Source of the DNA: the human T2T-CHM13v2.0 reference genome, Homo sapiens
Assembly (NCBI RefSeq): GCF_009914755.1
Contig: NC_060925.1
Strand: one strand, 5' to 3'
Length of the DNA stretch: 64,000 nt
Part shown: positions 12,004 through 24,699 of the stretch, piece after piece
Position numbering within the stretch: the first letter of the stretch is position 1
Layout of the letters: each line of letters starts with the position of its first letter
The notes under the pieces: generated by a model
Seen by the model: only the letters and a program-made list of their open reading frames with translations
The model's database searches: none
What the model was told of the DNA's origin: nothing
Translations under genes and position numbers: made by a program

Positions 12004-12698
12004 CTCAGTAATTTCTGCTGCAGCAAATTTTGAGGAAAACTGCATCACTGGGGAGACATCATCCTTTTTTGGGACCATTTCTGTCCTCAGTTCAGGTAAT
12101 ATAAGAAAAGCAGCAGAAGGCTTAATTTCTGGGATCATATCAGCAAACCAATCCATCTCAGGATCTTTTACTGGCTTCTTTTTTACTTGAATGGTGAATT
12201 CCTCTCCTAAACCAAGTTCTGATGGAACCTTAAGGGGCCTTTCTTGTGATGACACTTTTGGCGGCTCGATTTGGTCTGCGTCATCCCCCCTTTGTACAAG
12301 GCTAATCTTTCGGGGTAAGCTTGATTTCCAAGGCATAGACTCTTCAGTGAGTGAAAGCAAAGCAGGAATAGGCTTCTGCTCCCCTGAGGTAACAGGTTTT
12401 GTAGCAGTGATTCCACCTCCTGGGTTTACTTTAGTATCTAAGCTGCTGGGCTCGCAGTCATCCCAAGATGACTCTTCCACATCCAAGGTAGTGCACTGGG
12501 ACTTGACATCATCACAAGGTTCTCTAGGCCAAATCTGTATGTTGACAGTTTGATTTTCAGGCTCCTCAGGTTCACTCCAGTCAGGCCACTCCTCAGACTT
12601 TTTAGAACTTGATGGGAAGTTTTCACTGTCCTCCGAAGTATTTTTTACATCTGAGAGTCCATTTATGGGAAATTTAATAGGCTGAGAAAATGGATCGC
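12004..12698 (-). CDS. SCYL3: SCYL3 exon 13, acidic low-complexity C-terminal region
   Basis: ccctacag| ... |gtgagt; 695 nt; inside ORF 11983..12870. Confidence 0.95.
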
Positions 12699-13529
12699 CT
12701 GTAGGGAAAATAATTATTCTCATAAAATACTGGTTAAAGGTAAGAACTACACTTATGGGAAGGATAGCATTAAGGAAGTGTAGTAGTATAGGTCTAATTA
12801 CTTGGAAATATCCATGCATACTAAACAAAAGAGATCCCAGCAGAACATTACTCAAGATCAACGATGTCACATGTTATCCAAATAATTACATAATACTTAC
12901 ATTATTAACTCAGTGGAAGCATGTAAGTAATAACTAGCGCATTCAATCCTTATTAAATATCCAAACATACAGTATATTCACATAAATATAGAAATGCTCT
13001 AAGCCAGGCAGTGTTATCCTTGGGATGTTTGTTAATTACATATGCCTGAAAAAGTCTTGCAGGCTCAAATAAGTTTGCCTAACTCAACTTATTAACCTCA
13101 CTTTAAGAAATTTCCCTAAGTGTAGTAGTTAAGGCACTGAGAGATCCTGTGCAATGTGTTAATGACTTTGCTCTCATTTCCCCAAACTTATTTAACCACA
13201 GAACTCTTTTTCACAACACGCCCATTAACATCTTTCAAAACTATCATTCTTGGTACAATTTGGAAGATGCTGCACTAAGGCAACAAAAGTCTCAAAGTAA
13301 AGTATCAGTGCAAAAAAGAATTCAAGTAATGTCAACCTGCACTTCTCACCAACTATAAAGAGGAGGTAAGTATATATCCAATAGTCTGGAGAAACAAGAT
13401 GAGACCAAAGCTGACTACATAATTACAAATAAATCAGTCTCAAAACTCCCAAAACACCCATAAGCTTATTAGTCTCAGGAAAACATTCATCCAAGCAATG
13501 GAAAAGCTATATAAATTTAATATTTCTAC

Positions 13530-13691
13530 CTGTCTGTAAAAGAGTATTGTAGTAATCTCGCTGTATGTGCTTCTTGCTGTTGATGGGCGTGCTGCCAGAA
13601 AAGAAACATTTAGGGAATATGCTAGAGAAGGGGTTCTCCAAGATTGGCGAGATCTGACTGTGATGGCTGCAGACGACACACATAGGAGAAT
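13530..13691 (-). CDS. SCYL3: SCYL3 exon 12, in-frame cassette (54 aa; 742 vs 688 aa isoforms)
   Basis: ccttcag| ... |gtagaa; 162 nt, phase 1-1; totals match the recalled isoform lengths. Confidence 0.85.
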
Positions 13692-15027
13692 CTGAAGGTA
13701 AATAAAAACTCCAAAACATGAAAGGGACAGTAAATTGCTTCTTGATCTATCACATGGTTGGTGGGCATAGTTAAGTGAAATGGGTATATTTTTATACATA
13801 TAAAGGATAAAATGGAGGAGAGAACATCTTCAAACATTTGAAGACATACACCCATTATGGAATGGACTGCCTGTCCCTAGAGGTGTTTAAGAACAGGCTG
13901 TGTCCACTCCATGTGGTGATGGATCAAAGCATTACACAGATATAACCTTTGGGACACCTAGCTAAAAAGTTATAGCCCTTCAAAACATGTTGGTGGAGAT
14001 TTAAAACCAACGGATTCTACTTACTTTCCTTTTAAGAATAAAAGTTGAAGAGTATAAGCATAAGAATATGAATGTAGTGAATACCACAAAACTATACACT
14101 TAAAAGTAGTTAAAATAATAAGTTTAAGCTGTGGACATTTAACCCCCAACTGGGGAAAAAATTAGTTTCAAGAAATGTCCTTAACAGTTTGCCAGAAAGT
14201 TTATACTTAAAAAAATGGGCATTGGTCAATCAATTTTTGGCCAAAAAGTGAGGATGTGGGGAATAGCCTGGGGTAAACTCTTAACGATTAGGTCCCCAGC
14301 TCTCTTCAGCACCACATCTCCCCCCTCCTCACCCCAGCACTCAGGCCAGGCCTCTACAAGCCCTCCACTCATTTGTGCCACTATCCTCCTTGAAGTCCTA
14401 TCTAATGCCTTATCCGATGTCTTCTTCTCTGAACCATGTTCTCCACCTCTCTTTCAGGCAGACTTAATTTCCTATTTCCCTTTCATAGCTGAAAATGAGA
14501 CCACAGCCTCTACATCACCCTTTTCAAGCTCTTTGCAGCCATGACGCTGGTTTCATTAGCACCAAGGAAGAGGTGAACGCTCTTTAAAACTTCAGGAAGC
14601 CAATGTTGCTTTAAAAATTCTTTTAGCATCAAAATTAGAGAAAAGCCTATCTGATTAACTCTTTTCTGCTAAATGTCTCCATGTTACCAACTATCAATGA
14701 GAACTGGGTTAGAGATCCAGAATTACATAACAAGTTCATTGTCTTACTGAAGGCTACACAAAGGAGCAATGACATTGTTGATAAAAAATTCTTGTAAGAC
14801 CAGAAATTACTGCTACCTCCCAGGTAACATCCACTGGGAACATACCAGAAATAAGGACTTCCTGCAGTATCTAAAAGGCAACAGCTTTTTACCCCATAGG
14901 CCAACAAAAGTCACAAGAAACTTAAACATCTAGTGTTAATAAGAATTGATGCAACCTTTTTGTAAGCTGACAGTATCTACTAAATTTAAAATATATCCTT
15001 TGGCCCAGCAAGTTTACTTCTAACATT

Positions 15028-15227
15028 CAGTGTCTGCGGATGCTCAAGTCTCTTAAAGAAAATGATGTAGTATTTAAATATAATCTATGCATATCATCCC
15101 ATAATACTTTAAGTCATTTCTTGGTTACTTATAATACCTTTATTTTTTGGTTTCTTTTCTGAGTATTTTTGATCCACAGTTGGTTAAATCTGCAGGTGCA
15201 AACCTGCAAATATGGGGGACCAACTGG
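15028..15227. mobile_element. MER2-like Tigger-derived MITE
   Basis: gcggatgctcaagtc...tttgatccacagttggttaaatc...ccaactg. Confidence 0.65.
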
Positions 15228-15473
15228 AAAGATACACGTGTAAAGATATTCATTGCAGCACTGTTTGTAGGGATTAAAAATCCAGAAATGGATGCAGTAT
15301 CCATGAATAAAGAAATCACTGAATGAATTATATTCAGTGAAATATTAGGTAGCTTTCAAAGAGTAAGTTAGACTTCTATGTATTGGGAGACAGGTCCCTG
15401 ATATGTTGTTACTTGAAAACAAATTATAGATTTGTGCATGGCATTTTCTTACCATTTAAGCAAAAATCCTACA

Positions 15474-16543
15474 CAGTCTTGTGTCACTTAATGGGGACAT
15501 GTTCTGAGAAATGCATCTTAGACGATTTTGTCCTTGTATAAACATAGATGGTATAGCCTACTAACACCTAGGCTATAAACTGATACAGCATGTTACTGTA
15601 CTGAATACTGTAGATAATTATAACACAGTGGTAATTATTTGAGTGTCCAAACATAGAAAAGTAAAAATATAATGATACATGGTATACCTGTATAGGGTAT
15701 TTACTATGAATGGCATTTATAGGACTAGAAGTTGCTCTGAGTTACCAGTGAATGAAGGCCTAGGATATTACTGTACACTACCATACAGTTTATAAACACT
15801 ACACTTAGGCTACACTAAGTTTATTAAAAATTTTTCTTCAATAATGTTATTTACTATAACTTTATAAACTTTTTAATGTTTTTAACTGTTTGACTTTTTT
15901 GTAATAATACTATGCTTAAAACATATTGTACAACTGTACCAAAATATTTTCTTATATCCTTATTCTGTAAGCTTTTTCTGTTTTTAAAATTATTTACTTA
16001 TTTTTACTTTGAAACTTTTTTGTTAAAATCTAAGACACAATCACACACATTAGCCTAGGCCTACACAGGGTCAAGATCATCAATTTCACTGTCTTTGACC
16101 TCCACAGCTTATTCCGCTGGAAGGTCTGCAGGGAGCTGTCATGTCCTCTGATAACAATGCCTTCTTCTGGAATACCTCCTGAAGGACCCCTGGAGGCTGT
16201 TTCACAGTTAAAGTTTTTTCTTTTTAATAAGCAGAAGGAATACACTAATGATTAAAAGTAAATATATAAACCAGTTACATAGTCATTTGTTATCATTACC
16301 AAGTATTATGTACTGCACATAATTGTATGCACTGTACTTTTATATGACTGGCAGCACACTAGGTTTGTTTACACCAGCATCACCACAAACACATGAGTAA
16401 TGCATTCCACTACAGCTACAACATCAACTGCCAATAGCAATTTTTCAGCTCCATTATAATGTCATGAGACCATCATGGTATAGACAGTCAGTCATTTACG
16501 AGGTCCTTCGTTAACCAAAATGTCCTTATGTGGTACATGACTC
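15474..16543. mobile_element. Tigger3/MER7 (GOLEM)-like non-autonomous DNA transposon
   Basis: cagtc...gttctgagaaatgc start; tggtacatgact end; ~1.07 kb. Confidence 0.75.
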
Positions 16544-16771
16544 TCTATGCACGTGTAAACATATATCTGTGTGTCTTTTTGCAAGCTTAAAAAAAAAGTA
16601 TGAAAGGATTCCCACTGAAAATCCCCCCGAGAAGTTCAGAAAGAGAAATTAACTTTTTATTTATACTTCTTTATATCATTTGACTGAATATGACCCTCCT
16701 ACATTACTTATATAATACTAAAAATCTAAAAAAATGACACACAAAAAGTTAGACCTTTTAATAATTCTTAC

Positions 16772-16943
16772 CTTCTAGAGAAAGGTCAGTATTTTTAGTA
16801 AAACTTGGGGCAGTGCGTTTGAAGATCTTGGTTCGTTCTCCTCCCACAACCACCTCTGGTCCAAGCAGAGAGACCAGCACTGCTAGGCTATGCAGAGTAA
16901 TTGCCACAATGGAATCGCTAGTATCACGCAGGCCCAGCAAAAC
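16772..16943 (-). CDS. SCYL3: SCYL3 exon 11 (VLLGLRDT...DLSLE)
   Basis: ctcctag| ... |gtaaga; 172 nt; HEAT-repeat region. Confidence 0.95.
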
Positions 16944-17486
16944 CTAGGAGCAAATGAGGTAATAAGGGTTGACAACCACAATACCTATCTCTTTCTTCCC
17001 CTGTAAATGAGCAATTGGGCTGCAAACAGATTGTGCTTAGATAAACTACATTATCTTAGATATGTGTTCCAGGTCAGTGGCTCTCAAACTACCTGTGGTA
17101 AAAGACCAGTATCTTCCCCTCCCAATCCATCACAGACTTACCATTTTTAAAAAATACAATCAAAACAAAATTAAAAAGACATATGTTGGGAACATAAAAT
17201 TACTCTGTCAAATTGCGACAAAAGGTTTTAAATGTTAAGTCTTCATATCTGTACTCACATCACAGAACTGTAATAAAAAGTTCATGTACTGGCAGTGTTC
17301 TGCAGAGCGCACTCAGAACTCATCTAGGGTACTAACAGTTATGTTCCTGTCCATGCTTCTCTTTTCAGCTCTTTTCAAGGGTAGGACCACCTGTCCCAAA
17401 CTGAGCCCATCATGATCTTTTGTCCAGTAATATAAACTAGAATTTATATTTTCAGTTTATATAGGTTTACTCAATGAGGACAGTAT

Positions 17487-17783
17487 GCCAGGCAGGGACA
17501 AGTGCCTGTAGCCCGAGCTACTCAGAAGGCTGAGGCATGTGGATCACTTGAGCCCAGGAGTTCTGGGCTGTAGTGTGCTATGCTGATTGGGTGTCTGCAC
17601 TAAATTCAGCATCAATATAGTAACCTCCCAGGAGCTGGGGACTACCAGGTTGCCTAAAGAGGGGTGAACCAGCCCAGGTTGGAAATGGAGCAGGTCAAAC
17701 TCCTGGGCTGATCGGTAGTGGGTTCATGCCTGTGAAGAGCCACTGCACTCTAGCTTGGGCAACACAGTGAGACCCCCATCTCT
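17487..17783 (+). pseudogene. 7SL (SRP) RNA processed pseudogene (probably RN7SL333P)
   Basis: Alu-domain ends plus S domain (gggtgtctgcactaa...accaggttgcctaaagaggggtgaacc); atgaggacag repeated at 17474 and 17800. Confidence 0.92.
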
Positions 17784-18869
17784 AAAATAATTTTTTTTTA
17801 TGAGGACAGAAAACTTGGAAGTTATGGGACAACCATTTTGGCCATGTGCACACCAAAACAAGGAAAGCTGGTCTTCAGAGAGTCAAAAGTCAAACAAATG
17901 CAGACAGAAGAAAGGAATGAAAAACATGGCTGTAAGCCCCAGCTGCACTTGATTTCCATCTAAGTTAGTCTAACATTCTTAAATTTTTTTTGCTTTGGCT
18001 GGTTTAAAATGAGTTTCAGTTACTTGCAACCAAAAACACCTTAGAAGACAGTCACATGCAGATATCAGGCAAGTACTGCTCTGCATATAAGGAAGGAAAT
18101 GACCTTCAAAGCATCTGCACCAGCCAGACACAAGGCCAGGGTAACTGGCCTGCCTACTGGAAGCAGCAGGGCGTGACAGGTATCAGGAATCTTTGGTTTT
18201 GGTCTTAGCTCTGCTAATAATTCTCAATGTGACTTGACCAATTGGTCTTTTTATTTTTCTGGCCTGGTTTCCTCATTTATATAGTAAGATTAAAGGTTTC
18301 CAACAGGACTCAAAAGATAATTATTAGGACCAATGCTAACAGATCACTTTCTGTACATGTAAACTAAAGCATGTTTCTTTTACATATGATTAGAGTTCTG
18401 CCCATTGAATATGATAATCATAAAACAGCAATCCGCCCAAGCCAAAAATTGGTCATCCTCAACACCTCTTCCATCTAATGAGAAACTGAGTACTACCCCT
18501 TCTGTGTCCCTCTACTATATCCACTGTCACACTTTCCCCAGCCTTTGTCATCTCTTAGCTAAACTATTCTAACAGCTTCCTAGCTTATCTCCCTTTCTGT
18601 GGTCTCTTCCACACTGCTACCAAAGTGAACTTTCTAGCACACACAAATTGGCCCACTCTTCTTTAGGGGAAGCAGTTTCCTAAGTAATGAGAGGTTTCAT
18701 TGTCTTCCACATGCTCAACATTTACTCTTTGACCTCAGTCCAATTCTGAGACCTATGATGACAACTCCATTTCAGAGTTAAAGTGCTTCATTCCTCTTCT
18801 AAATTTCCAGACACAACTACATACAGGGTAACAATTACTGCTGCAGATGTAAATACAAAGTGCTATGTT

Positions 18870-19400
18870 GTAGTTACTACAACACAGAGACTTTAAAGTC
18901 AGCCCCCAGCGAATCACACCTCCAGTATCCATGCCCTTGAGTAAACCCATCCCACAATGAGCCTGGGCTTTTTCCAACTCTAACCGAGAGAATGAGGCAA
19001 AAATGACTGTCAGTTCACAACCTACACTTTAAGAAGGCTTCTTTTGCCCTTTTTTTTTCTTTAGCCCTGGCCAGCCATTTAAGAAGTCCACCTGCCTTGC
19101 TAGAGAAATCATGTGGAAATGTCACATGGGGGGATACAAGCCCCCCAAGCTTCCTGAAAATTCATGGAGAGAAAGGCGCAGCCTCTCAGCCACCCCTTCC
19201 AAGATACCAAGGAGCCATTTTGGATGTGTCAACCCTTGTCGGGCCCCAGATGACTGAAGACTCAGCTGATATGTGGAACAGAACCTTCAGCTGAGTCCAG
19301 TCAATCCAAAGAATCATGAGAATTAATAAAATGATTATTGTTTTAAGGCACTAAGTTTTGGGGTACTTACATGGCAACGGATGACTGAAACATGTCCCAC
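18870..19400 (+). mobile_element. MLT1-type MaLR LTR
   Basis: aataaaatgattattgttttaagg...ttttggggt...actgaaaca 3' end. Confidence 0.6.
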
Positions 19401-19504
19401 TTATGAGCTCCTTGAAAGCAGAGAGAATGTTAATCTATCTCATAGGAAAATTATTTGAAAGACACCATGTGATTGTAGTCTTTTAAAACAATTTTTTTAA
19501 AACC

Positions 19505-19902
19505 TCATACTAGGTTGAATAGTGTCCCTCCAAAATTCATGTCCATGCAGAATGTGACCTTTAGATGAGGTCATACTGGGTTAGGGTAGGCCATAAATTC
19601 AATGACTGGTGTCTTTCTAAGAGGCCATGTAAAGACAGACAAGGAGGTAAGAAGGCCACGTGACAACAGAAGCAGAGACTGGAATGATACAGCCACAAGC
19701 CAAGAAATACCAAGGATTGCTGGGAGCTACGAGAAGCTTGTAAAGAGGAGTCCCTTTCACATCCTACAGCCTTCAGAGGAAGCAGGGTCCTGTTGACACC
19801 CTGGTTTTAGACTTCTGGCCTCCAGAACTAAAAATAAATTTGTATTGCTTTAAGCCATTATAATTTGTGATAATTTGTTATGGCAGCCTAAGCAACTAAT
19901 AC
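19505..19902 (+). mobile_element. MLT1B/C-type MaLR LTR
   Basis: gttgaatagtgtccctccaaaattcatgtcc...gacttctggcctccagaac...actaataca. Confidence 0.75.
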
Positions 19903-20343
19903 AAACCTTTCATTAGTTTCACTAACAAAACCCTTTGGTGGGCAAATCATAATAAGGTTCCCTAGTGGCTGATAACAACAGGCTGAAAGCCACTGATAAG
20001 AATCATCTCATGCTCCTCTCTGTTCTAATTTAATTACTTTATAATAATTATGGATAATTATATGTTATGTTCACAAAGTGCTCCATACATTATTGTTATT
20101 CATTTACCCTCCCAAAATTAACAAACAATTATAGTTTCTCCCAGGTTAAGACCAAATATGTCAGTTTAATCAATTTGCCTGTGTGAATGGAATGGAAATG
20201 CAATTTTAATTTCAGCACTTTGTATTCCACAGACTGCTGCCTGAAGGCTTTCTAAGCTATTATCTGAATACCTCCAAAACTCTTTCTTTCAGCACTCTTC
20301 CCTCAGGTTCTGTGACTACCCCACTGCAAACTTGGCCTCTGAC

Positions 20344-20941
<598 letters not shown>

Positions 20942-22095
20942 AGTATTCTTCTAAATTCTAATGCTCCAAACCAAAGCAAAGTTCTTTTCTTGACCGAAAA
21001 TTACTTAACTCTTAATTATGTTAAGTACACTTACCTTGTAGAGTTTTTGAAATACTAGAGATCATAGTGTACAACAAAGCTTGTATTTTAACAGAATTCT
21101 GAGTAACTTTTTATAAATTTATGTTTAATCAGTGAGGAATTTCATACACTAGATTTGTGACATACTGATATTGTTGTAGTTTTATTTGCAAAACCAGGTG
21201 TTAAATGCTACAGTGGGACTTTGATGCTGGATACTCCTCTTTTTCCAGTATTTATGGTAGTGGTTATCAGGCAGGTATGTATTGAGAATTATTTGGGAAC
21301 TTTTAAAAAATATGTATACCTATGTCCTGGCTCTCTGTTCTAGAACCAATGGATCAAGCAAAGAGGCAAATTTTCAAAAAGCAACATAGGTGATTCAGAG
21401 GCACACCCCTATGTAAGACCTACTGAGGAATAGGATGTAAGAGCTATAAAGAAAAATTCATGGCTAAAGAGAATGGTATCAAAGTAGAGATATAAGGAAA
21501 TTCTAAACTGTAACAATGCTTTGTTGGACTGAGATCCCTTTAAGAAAATAAATTCTGAAAGCAGGATTCTACGTAACTTAAAATTCTAGTGTCATATTAA
21601 TACTATATTCTCTCATCTGTTGTTACCATCTCTAGTGCTATAAAATTGTAAAATTCCAAAGCAATAACCTCATTTCACATTCGTAAAAAAAACTTGAAGC
21701 CCCAGGAAGTAAAATGATCTCAGTGCTTTTCACTGAAAATAGAAAATGGGTTGCTCTTGGTAAGGTAGGAGGCACAGGCCTAAATGATTCATGATAAATG
21801 TAAAAGTTCTTTGAAGATGCATGCCTTACCTTAAAACTTCAAATGTATATTTCAGATTCTAGTCAGATATAACACTTACTATAGTAAATTGGACTCTCTA
21901 GGAAGATGCTTCATTTATCCTGTGAACTCTGGTACCCAGGTTTGAATTAAAGTTATCACATCAGGGGCCAACAATTGTTCTCCGTTTTTAGAACCAAACA
22001 TTAACTACACCACACAGTAATCTCATCCTGCTCAAATATGGACTAATAATCACCAAACTTCTTAACTAGCAATAACACTTTGAAAAAGCATTCAC

Positions 22096-22235
22096 CTTTT
22101 TTGGGGCCAAGCAGATAAGGAAGAAAACTCTTAACAGCCACTGGCTCTGCAAACACCAACTGATTAAGCAGAAGAGGCACCAACCTTGAAGCTATCAATT
22201 CCTCTGACAAGCAGCTGACTCTGTCCAGCAGAAAT
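22096..22235 (-). CDS. SCYL3: SCYL3 exon 9 (FLLDRVSC...LGPKK)
   Basis: cctcag| ... |gtgaat; 140 nt. Confidence 0.95.
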
Positions 22236-22404
22236 CTGAGGACAAAAAGGGAAAGCCCAGGAAACTGGTCATGACACTGTATCAGCTTACTTGTACAGTT
22301 TAGCCTACACACATCCTCTCTCTCACTTCTATCAAAGTGATGCATTTGAAATGGAGATAGAGAAGGTGAACAGATTGGTCCCCAAGTACTTAAGAAAAAT
22401 GCGT

Positions 22405-22711
22405 GGCCGGGTGCAGTGGCTCACACCTGTAATCCCAGCACTTTGGGCGGCCGCGGCGGGCAGATCACTTGAGGTCAGGAGTTTGAGACCAGCTTGGCCA
22501 ACATGGTGAAACCCCATCTCTACTAAAAGTACAAAAATTAGCCGGGCGTGGTGGCAGACGCCTGTAATCCCAGCTACTCGGGGCTGAGGCATGGGAGGCT
22601 GAGGTTCAATCGCTTGAAGCTGGGAGGCAGAGGTTGCAGTGAGCTGAGATCATGTCACTGCACTCCAGCCTGGGTGACAGGGTGAGATTCTGTCTCAAAA
22701 AAAAAAAAAAA
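22405..22711 (+). mobile_element. Alu (AluS-type)
   Basis: Full Alu with poly(A) tail. Confidence 0.95.
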
Positions 22712-22999
22712 TACAGAAAGTGTGAGGCAAAGCCAGCTAGTCAGCACACCTCCAATTCACACCAGGAAATGTTTCCACCAAATTATCCCCTTACTAATAG
22801 CCAAAGTGCCCTCCTTTTTACCCTAAGAAGACAGGCTTTGTAGATAATAAAAGACACTTTCTCAAATTTAAACAATGTAGAAAGCTTCCATAACTAACAA
22901 AACATAGGCTTTTGTCACTATCCCCATAAATTAAAACAACATATATAAAGGCACTTTGTTAAGAAATACAGATATTAGGTATTAATGGTAATATTACTC

Positions 23000-24530
23000 C
23001 ATTATACAATCACCCTTAGCAGATATCCTTGCCTCCTACTTTATTAGGAAACAGGTCACATGCATTATCACCTTCAAACCCCTACACCGCTATCAGCAAA
23101 CAGGTTTACATTGATACTCATTCCCACCTCCCTTCTAGTTATTAAGGATCCGAGGGCCTCCTCTTACTTAAGGCCACCCCCATCCAGCCACTGCCCCAGC
23201 ATTCCCCTCTCTTCCAGGACAATGCACCAACCATCTCCCCAACTTGATTGCAGCTTCAACTGCTCCCTCCATTCTTCTGCTAGCTCCTTTCCCTCGTCTA
23301 TTAATATGCTCAGGTCTCTTCCACCCTTACAAAATCCTTCCTTGACCCCATTTGCTTCTTCAGTAATATTTTCTCTCCAAGTTTTTCTCCAGTGTCTTTC
23401 TCACCTTCTGTTCACTTCTCAGCCCAATGCACTCTCACTGCTGGAACAGCTCTTGCTAAGATAAAGTTACCAGTGTCTTCCTAACTACTAAATGAACAGG
23501 TACCTGTTCGTTCCTCCTACCTTCGTGAAATTCCCTACTCCTTTGGGAATATCATAGCCTTCCTAGCTCTCTGAGTCTCCTCTAACCCCTGCTTCTCATT
23601 CATCAGCCACTCCTTCCCACCAGCCCCCTTATAAGGTCGGGTGCCCCAGGATTACAATTTGGGCTCACTGTCCTTTTCATGCTACCCACTTTCTCTGTGA
23701 AAATATCACCAACTATAGGCTGATAACACCCTAATATTTCCCTCTAGCTCATCAGCTTAAGACTTCTCTGAAGCTTCAGACCTGTCTGGTCAACTGTCCA
23801 TGTATATCTCTATCTAAAGTCCAACAGATACTTCAAACCAACATATCCAACACTGAAGTCATAATTTTCCCTGCATATTAGGTCCTCTCCTCCAATATTC
23901 TCTATTTCATTTGGTGATAATCACTAAGGCTTCTCAGCTTTATCTTTTTAAATGTTTATCTTAGTGTCTTCTTCATTGGAGACATGAATGCCCTTATGTG
24001 TGGCTTCATATTTACTGCCTGGACTACCATAGTCACTAACCAATCCAAATCTTAAATGAGTTAAGCCTTCCCACTCAATAGAGAACAAAGTGATCCACCT
24101 AAAGGGACATTAATCTGTTTCACAGCCTGCTTCCATCTCTTTGATGGCTTCAATGCCTGAAGTCCCCTATTTACAAATAACATCAGCACTCCTCACTGCC
24201 ACATGCAAGGTGTACCTCCTACCTGTCCTTGTCTTGGAATTTGTCCCCCAGCAGGACTCAACTGTTTGCGGTTCCTGCACAAGTCACACTAGGTCTTGTC
24301 TTTGTGCATTTGTTCATGTTGCCCCTCTGCCTAGAATACCTTTTCTCTAACGACCTCCTCCTGCCCTGTGTGTTCTCAGGACTCCTTCCAAAAGCTCTAC
24401 TGTACCCACCTCTCTGTTTAAGGATTATCAGTCTGGGTATCTATTTCTTTCACCAGAAATATCTACCCCACCAGGGCCTAGCAGAAAGCCTGACACATAG
24501 GAAATGTTCAATAAATGTGAAATAAACCAA
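23000..24530 (+). mobile_element. L2 LINE fragment(s)
   Basis: Pyrimidine-rich L2 body ending cctgacacataggaaatgttcaataaatgt; boundaries approximate. Confidence 0.65.
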
Positions 24531-24621
24531 ATATCTGACTCATCTTCTCTAGAATACCTAAAGTGATTATATGGACTTAATCCAAGTTATTCAATTTAAA
24601 TTCTTAATTTTCTGAACTTAC

Positions 24622-24699
24622 TTAAAGAATTCCGTTTTCTCCTCTTCACTCTTCAATGTTAAACTTTTCAAGAAATTCACAACTTCCAGAAAATCATTT
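24622..24699 (-). CDS. SCYL3: SCYL3 exon 8 (NDFLEVVN...TEFFK)
   Basis: atttag| ... |gtaagt; 78 nt, phase 2-2. Confidence 0.94.

Noticed and set aside
12699-12870. Hydrophobic N-terminal extension of ORF 11983..12870
   Set aside because: Intronic sequence upstream of the clear acceptor at 12699-12700
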